Source of the DNA: a virus
DNA length: 64,000 nucleotides
IMG/VR virus record: IMGVR_UViG_3300048920_000077
Reading direction: 5' to 3' (one strand)
Part shown: positions 34,919-41,846 of the stretch, piece after piece
Numbering within the stretch: position 1 is the first letter of the stretch
Layout of the letters: every line of letters starts with the position of its first letter
The notes under the pieces: generated by a model
Databases searched by the model: none
The model's input: only the letters and a program-made list of their open reading frames with translations
What the model was told of the DNA's origin: nothing
Program-made: the position numbers and the translations under genes

Positions 34919-35487
34919 AACTCGTTTATATTGCCGGCCCGTACCGCGCTGCTGACCAGGCTGGCGTTGAAGCCAATATCCATCTCGCCCGCCAGACGGC
35001 CGTTGCTCTGCTGAAAGCGCTGCACCACAAGCCTGTCGTGGAAATCATCGGTGGCCATGGCTACGACGATGCGCCGGAGAGCCGCAGTATCCTGGAGAAG
35101 ATGGGGCGTGAAGCGCCATTCCCTGTCATCCCGCACATGAACACCGCCCTGTTCGACTACACGCCAGGCATCTCTGGCATTGACGCGGACTACTGGCTGC
35201 GCGGCACCCTGCGCCAGATGTGGGACTGCAGTTATGTTATCCTGACGCATCCGGATGCCGCAGAAAAATCCATCGGCACCTGTAACGAGGTGTACGAAGC
35301 GAACCGCTGCGGGATACCGGTTTTCGAAGACGTTCCAGCGTTCATTTACTATCTGACTGACGAGAAGTTCCAGGCGCAGGTGGACGACTGGGTGAAGAAG
35401 ATTAAGCAAGACCCAACCGGCTATCGTGTTGGCCGGACGCGTCATGTATTCGGGAGTCCTTTAGATGAATCACAATCACAGAAGTAA
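34915..35487 (+). CDS. nucleoside 2-deoxyribosyltransferase-like protein (DUF4406/DUF1937-type)
   Basis: N-terminal MKLVYIAGPYRA, later IPHMN and CNEVYEANRCGIPV. ATGA coupling. ORF 34696..35487 trimmed. Confidence 0.45.
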   Translation: MKLVYIAGPYRAADQAGVEANIHLARQTAVALLKALHHKPVVEIIGGHGYDDAPESRSILEKMGREAPFPVIPHMNTALFDYTPGISGIDADYWLRGTLRQMWDCSYVILTHPDAAEKSIGTCNEVYEANRCGIPVFEDVPAFIYYLTDEKFQAQVDDWVKKIKQDPTGYRVGRTRHVFGSPLDESQSQK

Positions 35488-35656
35488 GTACCGCACGACT
35501 GACCAGTTCGTTTGCCCTGGGTGCGGAAAAAGTTGGGACGTCAATGATACCGACGTCCCTGAATGCGTAACCGAGGCCGAGATCGGTTTACGCGAGCGGT
35601 CTGCGGGGAAGGGGACTCACAAGCAGACCAAAACTATGTACCGGAAGAGGTCATGA
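35465..35656 (+). CDS. small Cys-containing (zinc-ribbon-like) basic protein
   Basis: 63 aa, CPGCG...PEC. Confidence 0.45.
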   Translation: MNHNHRSKYRTTDQFVCPGCGKSWDVNDTDVPECVTEAEIGLRERSAGKGTHKQTKTMYRKRS

Positions 35657-35856
35657 TTAGGCGGATTATCTTTGTCATTCTCTTCACGGTAACTGCCATC
35701 GTCGTCATCGCAGGTTGGACGGTGGCCGCGCCCATCGTCTTTGCCTGGCAGACAATCGCAGGTGCCTGGCGGGGGTTCCGGAACGCGTCATACATTATGC
35801 GCATAGGATTTGACCGAACCATTAAGAACTATCTGGAAGGAGTAAAACGGCTATGA
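35653..35856 (+). CDS. small membrane protein (two hydrophobic segments)
   Basis: ORF trimmed to the ATG at 35653 after GGAAGAGG. Sequence IIFVILFTVTAIVVIAGWTVAAPIVFAW. Confidence 0.5.
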   Translation: MIRRIIFVILFTVTAIVVIAGWTVAAPIVFAWQTIAGAWRGFRNASYIMRIGFDRTIKNYLEGVKRL

Positions 35857-36143
35857 CTTCTGCAGCAAAAGATTTGAAAAGGGCGCTGGTTGTTCAGCAG
35901 ATCAGCGCGGCTACCGAATTCACCCCGCAGGAGGTCGAAGGATTAATGGCACCAGGTCATCCCATGGCCGTGCTGTTCGACCTCATGTACGAACAGATTG
36001 AAGGTCTGCAGGAAACCAACCTTCGCCTGAACGACGCTGTCACCAAGGCACAGCAGAAAGCGGATCTTGCGGCCATGAAGGCGCAGGAATACTTCGTTCG
36101 TCTGCGTGACGGCAAGCTGCTTAACCAGGGGGAAACATTTTGA
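35853..36143 (+). CDS. hypothetical protein (96 aa)
   Basis: ORF with ATGA coupling. Confidence 0.5.
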   Translation: MTSAAKDLKRALVVQQISAATEFTPQEVEGLMAPGHPMAVLFDLMYEQIEGLQETNLRLNDAVTKAQQKADLAAMKAQEYFVRLRDGKLLNQGETF

Positions 36144-36394
36144 GCCAGCGAGAGCAATTCCAGGAACGCGTTCAGCGCATGGCCAGCCGGAATAACCTGA
36201 AAACGGAAATCGTGGCCAGCACCGGCGCCATCTACATCTTTGCCGAGGGCAACGAATCGGTGAAGGTTCTGGCGTCCATGGCCGCCCGCCCGTGCCAGGT
36301 GGTGATCCAGTTTGCCGACGGCACCGTTCAGCGCGAGCAATGGGCGCTGCTGGAAGCGGTGTGCCGCAACCTGAAACTGGGGGCGCCTGCATGA
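36140..36394 (+). CDS. hypothetical protein (84 aa, TTG start)
   Basis: ORF in an operon. The non-ATG start lowers confidence. Confidence 0.45.
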   Translation: MSQREQFQERVQRMASRNNLKTEIVASTGAIYIFAEGNESVKVLASMAARPCQVVIQFADGTVQREQWALLEAVCRNLKLGAPA

Positions 36395-37077
36395 ACAGCT
36401 ACGTGCGCAGACTGGAAGCCGTGAAGGACCAGCGTTTCCATGAACTGAAAGAGATTGGCGACCAGTGGCGTACCGGCGACGCGCTTTTCCACGGCATTGA
36501 AACACTCTGCCTGCCGTCGGAGAAGCGCCGCCCGCCTAAGTTCGTGCTGGACCTGTTCACCGATGGCCAGAACTCGAAGTGTCCGGACTACTTCACGGCC
36601 GAGGATAACGCGCTGCTGCAGGACTGGACCGGCCGCCTGCAGGGCATCACCGAGGAAGCCGACTATGCCTTCGCCAACCCGCCGTATTCAATCATTCAGT
36701 CGGACGAGGGCGATATTATTACCGGTATGGCGCCGATTATGGAAAAGGCGCTGGAAGAACGGGAACAGGGCGGGCGCTTCGCCTTCCTGATTAAAGCCGC
36801 TACCAGTGAAACGTGGTGGCCGGACAGCGAACCGGATCGCACGTACTTCATCAAAGGCCGCGTGGCGTTCGAACGACCTGAGTGGTTCCGGCCAGAAAAA
36901 CCGGTCAGCCGCCAGTCAGCGTTCTTCGGCTGCGCGGTACTGGTGTTCAATAAGCACTTGCCGCGCGACAAGGAACCAGTGTACATTCACCGGAAAGAAC
37001 TTCTGGCATTCGGACGCAAGCGGGCAGAAGAACTGGCAGAGATTCGGCAGCGGCATATCCAGTCGTTTTCGTTGTAG
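36391..37077 (+). CDS. phage-type DNA N6-adenine methyltransferase (Dam family)
   Basis: ORF trimmed to the ATG at 36391 (ATGA coupling). Catalytic FANPPYS. ...SETWW... and FIKGRVAFE are typical of the phage Dam family. Confidence 0.75.
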   Translation: MNSYVRRLEAVKDQRFHELKEIGDQWRTGDALFHGIETLCLPSEKRRPPKFVLDLFTDGQNSKCPDYFTAEDNALLQDWTGRLQGITEEADYAFANPPYSIIQSDEGDIITGMAPIMEKALEEREQGGRFAFLIKAATSETWWPDSEPDRTYFIKGRVAFERPEWFRPEKPVSRQSAFFGCAVLVFNKHLPRDKEPVYIHRKELLAFGRKRAEELAEIRQRHIQSFSL

Positions 37078-37100
37078 TAGCCTCCAGGGATGGGATAAGA

Positions 37101-37130
37101 AGTCCGGCTTTCGAGCCGGATTTTTTATTT
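37101..37130 (+). terminator. intrinsic terminator
   Basis: TCCGGCT-TTCG-AGCCGGA followed by TTTTTTATTT. Confidence 0.7.
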
Positions 37131-37142
37131 CCTGAAAACCTG

Positions 37143-37170
37143 TTGACATGCGAAACAACGGTGATAGTAT
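37143..37170 (+). promoter_or_regulatory. sigma70-type promoter (TTGACATGCGA family)
   Basis: TTGACA-16 nt-TAGTAT. Near-duplicate of the 34226 promoter. Confidence 0.55.
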
Positions 37171-37206
37171 TTGTCATAACTTCCACACGTCACTAAGGAC
37201 GAACAA

Positions 37207-38076
37207 ATGAGATCATCACGTATTGCATTAGGCGGATTCGGTTACGGCGGCATAGCTGCGATTGCCGCATCCTTGGGTCTGTCTTCCGGCGTAGTAACCG
37301 GCCGTAATCGCTCGATCGGCAAGCCTACGGCACTCGCTGCCCGCTATACCGCAGAAGCGGCAGCAATCGAAACGTGGAACCACAAAGTCGACGAGGCGAA
37401 GGCCAGGAAGAACATCACCTTCGGCCGCCGCAAAGAGCGCTCCCCGAAAAAGCGGATGCTGCCGGCCCCGTCCAACCGCGGCGCCACAATCATCGGCGAT
37501 CTGATCTTCAACTATCAGGTGCATAGCAACAACGTGATGAACGAGTTCACCGGCCAGCGCGCTAAAGAGTACATGCGCCGCGTGGGCGGCCGTTCGATTG
37601 ACGGGGTTAAGGCGGAAGCCGAGCACCTCCACCGCGCCCGCAATAAGCACCAGAAAAAGGTGTCTCGCATGATCGGCGGCCGTACCCTGCGCGTCATCCA
37701 GCAGTTATCGAACAACCAGCAGCAGCACTTCGAAGAGAAGCGCCAGCATGACTGGCAGTTATGGACGCCGATCGATAATGGCATCTGGCAGTATCAGGTT
37801 CACGACGAGGTGTTCCCGTACTTCATGTTCAACGACGAAACGGGAAACCTGTTTGAGTTCGATCCAGCCAGGCTCCACTTCGAATGCGTCGAAGATGCCA
37901 ACGTGGCCGCGCAGTATTACGTTGACTGGGTTAACGCGAAGACCGAGTCGGACAAAGAAGCGCGGGAGAAAGACTTCAAAGACTACTGCGAACAGTACGG
38001 CCACACGCTGACCGCAGCAACAAACACTATCTCCGCTGACGAAGCGGGCGACGAAAACTACGCACTGGAAGGTTAA
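37207..38076 (+). CDS. hypothetical protein (289 aa), basic N-terminal half
   Basis: Clean ORF behind a promoter, AAGGA before the ATG. Confidence 0.6.
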   Translation: MRSSRIALGGFGYGGIAAIAASLGLSSGVVTGRNRSIGKPTALAARYTAEAAAIETWNHKVDEAKARKNITFGRRKERSPKKRMLPAPSNRGATIIGDLIFNYQVHSNNVMNEFTGQRAKEYMRRVGGRSIDGVKAEAEHLHRARNKHQKKVSRMIGGRTLRVIQQLSNNQQQHFEEKRQHDWQLWTPIDNGIWQYQVHDEVFPYFMFNDETGNLFEFDPARLHFECVEDANVAAQYYVDWVNAKTESDKEAREKDFKDYCEQYGHTLTAATNTISADEAGDENYALEG

Positions 38077-38078
38077 TC

Positions 38079-39278
38079 ATGAGCATGAGAAATGTACGTT
38101 GGGTGGAAGATGTGCTGTCCCGTAATGGCCGAGATAGCGAACTGAACGAAGTGGTAAAAGTCATGGCCAAGTTTGGGTACGAAAAGGTGGAACCACTGCG
38201 GGTATCCGAAGCCCGTCCAGACCCCCACCCAACGCCGGAACAGTTCGCCAAGGAAGTAAAACACGTCCTTGGCAGGCCGGACAGCCGCTTCCATGAGACG
38301 CTTAAAGAGTGTTTACGGTCAGTCGGGTACGTGAAACCCGATACGCCGAGGAAGGCCGAAGATATCCAATCTTTCGCTAACCGTGTGGATACCGCCCTCA
38401 GCGACCCGTTGAGCATTTTTCACGCCGACGTGAAAGCGGTCGTCCTGAATCGTGGGTACTACCTTCCGCAAGCGGCTAACCCGAACGTGTTCGAGATCGA
38501 CCTGACGGGCATCCCAGTTCACCTGCAGGAAGTGTTCAAAGTCCACGTCGACTTAATGTTCGGCGGTCTGGTGGCAGGTGAGAAGAAGCAGTCCGGCACC
38601 GAATTCATGAAGTGGGACGACGACTCGTTTAACGTCGGCGATGCGCTGGAACTGGCATTCAAGAACATCATGAAAGGCCACATGGCGGATGCGTCGAACT
38701 TCCTCATGTTCATCAACGCGCGCGGCTGGACGATAACTCCGATCCTGTTCCGTAACCATCTTCCACGACTGCCATGGGATGAAGACCCGATTACGGTGGA
38801 TCCGACGCAAGTTCCGCTGGCGCAAGTACCCCGCAAAGGGTCGAAGAAACCGAACACCGGATTCTATACCATGACGCACGGCCGCGATGTTCCGGACGGA
38901 TACATCAGCAGCATGAAAGACGAACTGTATGAAGGCAAACTGCACTGGATACGCGCTGTTCGCGGATATGATGACCTATTCCACGTCCTGGCGCTGGCGT
39001 ATGACCAGGCGGCGCGCGGCAAAGGGAAAGAGCGTCACGCCAATAACAAGCCGTTTGCCAAGCAGCCGCTGATAGAACTGGCGGATAAATTCGGTACCGG
39101 ATTCCTGCTCGGCCAAGCGGCCAAGAAGCTGGAAGAGTGTCAGATCCTGCCGTTTGGCGCGGACGTCAAAGAACTGCTCGGCGCAATCGTCTACACGGCT
39201 GCAGCAGTCATCCACCTGGAGATGACAGCGGAACGCAATGCACTGGAAGATCCGGACGAACTGGATGGGACTTTCTAA
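38079..39278 (+). CDS. hypothetical protein with C-terminal dATP/dGTP diphosphohydrolase-like (DUF5664-like) segment
   Basis: C-terminal ARGKGKERHANNKPFAKQP...GFLLGQAAKKLEE resembles the GKERH...PF..QP...GQA.KK signature as I recall it. The N-terminal 300 aa are unknown. Confidence 0.5.
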   Translation: MSMRNVRWVEDVLSRNGRDSELNEVVKVMAKFGYEKVEPLRVSEARPDPHPTPEQFAKEVKHVLGRPDSRFHETLKECLRSVGYVKPDTPRKAEDIQSFANRVDTALSDPLSIFHADVKAVVLNRGYYLPQAANPNVFEIDLTGIPVHLQEVFKVHVDLMFGGLVAGEKKQSGTEFMKWDDDSFNVGDALELAFKNIMKGHMADASNFLMFINARGWTITPILFRNHLPRLPWDEDPITVDPTQVPLAQVPRKGSKKPNTGFYTMTHGRDVPDGYISSMKDELYEGKLHWIRAVRGYDDLFHVLALAYDQAARGKGKERHANNKPFAKQPLIELADKFGTGFLLGQAAKKLEECQILPFGADVKELLGAIVYTAAAVIHLEMTAERNALEDPDELDGTF

Positions 39279-39889
39279 TGGCCAGACACTACATCAACAC
39301 GAACGGCATCCGTGGCATGGCCATGGGCGGTGTTCTCCTGGACATCGACGTCATTACAACGGTTGGGTCGTACTGGCCCGCCACGCCGCAGGAGAGCTCT
39401 TATTTCGACGTGCTGCTGGACGACGGCCGAACAGTGAAAGTGGTATTCGACAGTTCGATACCGGTAGACCGGCAAATGGGTGAACATGCCCGCCTGGTGA
39501 AAGAGATCGTCAGGAAGTTCGGTCTGACCGGAGAAGGCGAACCATCCGGCGTCAGCGATGGCCGCAAGTCCATCAAAGACATCGACTTCGAACCGGTGGC
39601 CAAAACCTTCTACGACGCCACTGATCCAGACGGTGCCATTCTGCTAACGGCCAGGGGTTTAGGTGCGTACACCGCGTATCTGTACTCACTGGATGCCGAA
39701 AGCGAGCACCATCGCGGCATTATCGACGCGTCAATCCGGCAGGTCGAACAGTTCGCGGTGAAGGTGTTCGGGGATAGTCTGGCCATGGACGAATTCGGTA
39801 AAGCGCGAGACACGACAACGTGGAGCGTGGCCACCGATGACCCTGGCCGGATAGTGTCGCCGGAGTTCGGCAAAAAGGTAGACTGGTAA
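39278..39889 (+). CDS. hypothetical protein (203 aa)
   Basis: ORF 39137..39889 trimmed to the ATG at 39278 (TAATG coupling). Last rightward gene. Confidence 0.55.
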   Translation: MARHYINTNGIRGMAMGGVLLDIDVITTVGSYWPATPQESSYFDVLLDDGRTVKVVFDSSIPVDRQMGEHARLVKEIVRKFGLTGEGEPSGVSDGRKSIKDIDFEPVAKTFYDATDPDGAILLTARGLGAYTAYLYSLDAESEHHRGIIDASIRQVEQFAVKVFGDSLAMDEFGKARDTTTWSVATDDPGRIVSPEFGKKVDW

Positions 39890-39922
39890 AAAGAAACCCC
39901 GCACTACGCGGGGTTCTTCGTT
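39889..39922. terminator. bidirectional intrinsic terminator between convergent early and late blocks
   Basis: AACCCCGC-ACTAC-GCGGGGTT with an A-run upstream and a T-run downstream. Confidence 0.65.
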
Positions 39923-40411
39923 TTAGGCTGGCGGAATCGCCGCAATCTGTCGGGCAACCTCGTCGTGGATCAGCTTAGGCGAGAACATACGCTGCCCTGT
40001 CTCCGTCCCCGTCTGCAGTTCGGTCGCCGTGGCCAGCGCCGGAAGCGTTACCGAGCCGCCACCGCCGCCCGCGATTGTGCCGACCACGATGACCTGCACG
40101 AATTCACGATAGGCCGAGGTGTCGCCGAGGATGACGGTCGGTCCGTAGGCCAGCGCGCCGGACGTACCGAGGGCGGTTTCCAGTTTATCCGCGAACGCGG
40201 ACATCAACTGGTCGCTGATAACCTGATAGGCGGTCACTGCGTTGCCGGTGCCGGTACCCACGAACTGAACCAGTTTAGTCACGCCGGACTGCTGGCCAAT
40301 CACGAACGGCAGGCCAACCGGCTGTTTGCCATCCGCGATTGCTGCAGTTACCAACGAGGCCAGTTGCGCAGGACTATCCGCCTGCAGAATGGAAGTGATA
40401 TCAACTGCCAT
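39923..40411 (-). CDS. hypothetical Gly/Ala/Thr-rich protein at the end of the lysis operon
   Basis: ORF trimmed to the ATG at 40411, preceded by AAGGAG-N7. Overlaps the o-spanin stop. Confidence 0.6.
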   Translation of the reverse strand: MAVDITSILQADSPAQLASLVTAAIADGKQPVGLPFVIGQQSGVTKLVQFVGTGTGNAVTAYQVISDQLMSAFADKLETALGTSGALAYGPTVILGDTSAYREFVQVIVVGTIAGGGGGSVTLPALATATELQTGTETGQRMFSPKLIHDEVARQIAAIPPA

Positions 40412-40646
40412 GCTTTTGCTCCTTACGTTTAGGTGGTTGCCAGCCGCAGAGACTGACGCCGGTTTCATTATGCAGGACAATCTGGCGCTTTGTCCCGTCC
40501 GTCAGCACATCTTTTCGACTGGGGTAGATCGGCGTGGCCACCGAGCAAAACGCGGGTGCCAGTGTGGCCTTAGTCCCGCATCCAGTCGTCAGCGCGCTTA
40601 TCGAGATCGCTATCAGACATGGAATCCACTTTTTGTTTCGCGTCAT
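40401..40646 (-). CDS. o-spanin (Rz1-like outer-membrane lipoprotein)
   Basis: Internal start MTRNKKWIPCLIAISISALTTGC gives a lipobox-like signal. Overlaps the 3' end of the i-spanin gene in another frame. Confidence 0.6.
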   Translation of the reverse strand: MTRNKKWIPCLIAISISALTTGCGTKATLAPAFCSVATPIYPSRKDVLTDGTKRQIVLHNETGVSLCGWQPPKRKEQKHGS

Positions 40647-40815
40647 TGACTCGCTTCTCCGCTTCAACGTGAACCTGGAAGTCATTGGCCATCTGGCTTT
40701 GCTTCTGTTCTTCTTTGCCGTCGCGCCGGCCCCGATAGAACGCTGCCACCAGACCACCAACGAAAAGGGCGGCCACAATGAGCCACCCCTTAATTCGCTG
40801 CCATATCGTCAGCAT
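40570..40815 (-). CDS. i-spanin (Rz-like)
   Basis: N-terminal TM WLIVAALFVGGLVAAF followed by a charged coiled-coil-like periplasmic part. Overlapped-spanin architecture. Confidence 0.6.
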   Translation of the reverse strand: MLTIWQRIKGWLIVAALFVGGLVAAFYRGRRDGKEEQKQSQMANDFQVHVEAEKRVNDAKQKVDSMSDSDLDKRADDWMRD

Positions 40816-41519
40816 TACGCCTCGGACAAGGTTGACAGTTTCTGCCGACGCCAGTGGGAGTACGCCAGCGCGACGGCCGCCCCCACCATTACGACGCCGA
40901 TCGTGATGCGCATCCAGTCGCCGGAGGTCAGGTCATCGCGGCTGTTACTGATTGCCGCTGTCACCTGCGGGATAACGCCTGCCAGTTGGTCAATGGCCAC
41001 GCCTGCTGTCGCGGTTGCGGCTACGGTGGTAGTCGTTACGACCTTCTTTTCAGTCGGCACCACACCGGCACGGCGCAGCGCTTCCTGGATGACGTCGTCC
41101 TTGTACCAGGTGTTGCCATTGGACAGCGGGCCGGTGCCGTTCTCATGTCGAATAATGCCTTCCACCAGCCCACGCAGCGTATTGTAATCGTGCATGTTCA
41201 GGATTTCAGCGTTAGGGTCAACGTTCAGCAGGGCGGCCACCTGCTTGGCATACGCCGTGACGTTGTTTTCCTTGGCGGGCGCCCAGCGCTCGATCACCTC
41301 GCGTACCGAGTCAATCTTGCTGCCGTCGTTCGCCTTACGCTTATCGTAATACGTGATTAACGTCACCGCGATAGCCCTGATACCGCTGACTGGGTCAACG
41401 AACTGAGCGAATCGTGGGTCGGTCTTCTGCGAAGCAGGGACCAAGCCCTGCCATGGTGATCCCCATTCAATGTTGCCAGGATTATTGTTTCTAATCCCAC
41501 GCGGCTGTTGCTTTGCCAT
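40815..41519 (-). CDS. putative endolysin / peptidoglycan hydrolase with C-terminal transmembrane anchor
   Basis: N-terminal RGIRNNNPGNIEW...RAIAVTLITYY...IERWAP motif family. Sits between the holin-like and spanin genes. C-terminal TM ITIGVVMVGAAVALAY. Confidence 0.55.
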   Translation of the reverse strand: MAKQQPRGIRNNNPGNIEWGSPWQGLVPASQKTDPRFAQFVDPVSGIRAIAVTLITYYDKRKANDGSKIDSVREVIERWAPAKENNVTAYAKQVAALLNVDPNAEILNMHDYNTLRGLVEGIIRHENGTGPLSNGNTWYKDDVIQEALRRAGVVPTEKKVVTTTTVAATATAGVAIDQLAGVIPQVTAAISNSRDDLTSGDWMRITIGVVMVGAAVALAYSHWRRQKLSTLSEA

Positions 41520-41521
41520 TG

Positions 41522-41800
41522 TTAGTATTTCCCGTTAGTTGTCCCGTTTCGGCCGACAGTAAGGATAATGTTATCCAGTTTGGCGTTGATACTTTTGAGG
41601 TCTTCGCGGGTATCGGTTGCCGTCTGTCGCTGCTGCGTTTTCATCTCGGCGATTTGGGCGAGCGCGAAATCTGCCTTGGCGTTGACGGTGCCGATATACT
41701 GCAGCCCCGCCGCACCTAAACTGATAATCGTGACCGTTACACCGATCAACGAAATCCAGTTAACTTTTTCGCGCGCACCCCCTGCTGGAATGTCGCTCAC
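41522..41800 (-). CDS. holin-like single-TMD membrane protein (GTG start)
   Basis: ORF 41522..41944 trimmed to the GTG at 41800 after AGGGGG-N7. TM WISLIGVTVTIISLGAAGL followed by a coiled-coil-like tail. Confidence 0.4.
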   Translation of the reverse strand: MSDIPAGGAREKVNWISLIGVTVTIISLGAAGLQYIGTVNAKADFALAQIAEMKTQQRQTATDTREDLKSINAKLDNIILTVGRNGTTNGKY

Positions 41801-41846
41801 AAATAAACCCCCTGTAGCATTACGTAATCCGCGCCTAAAGAATACC

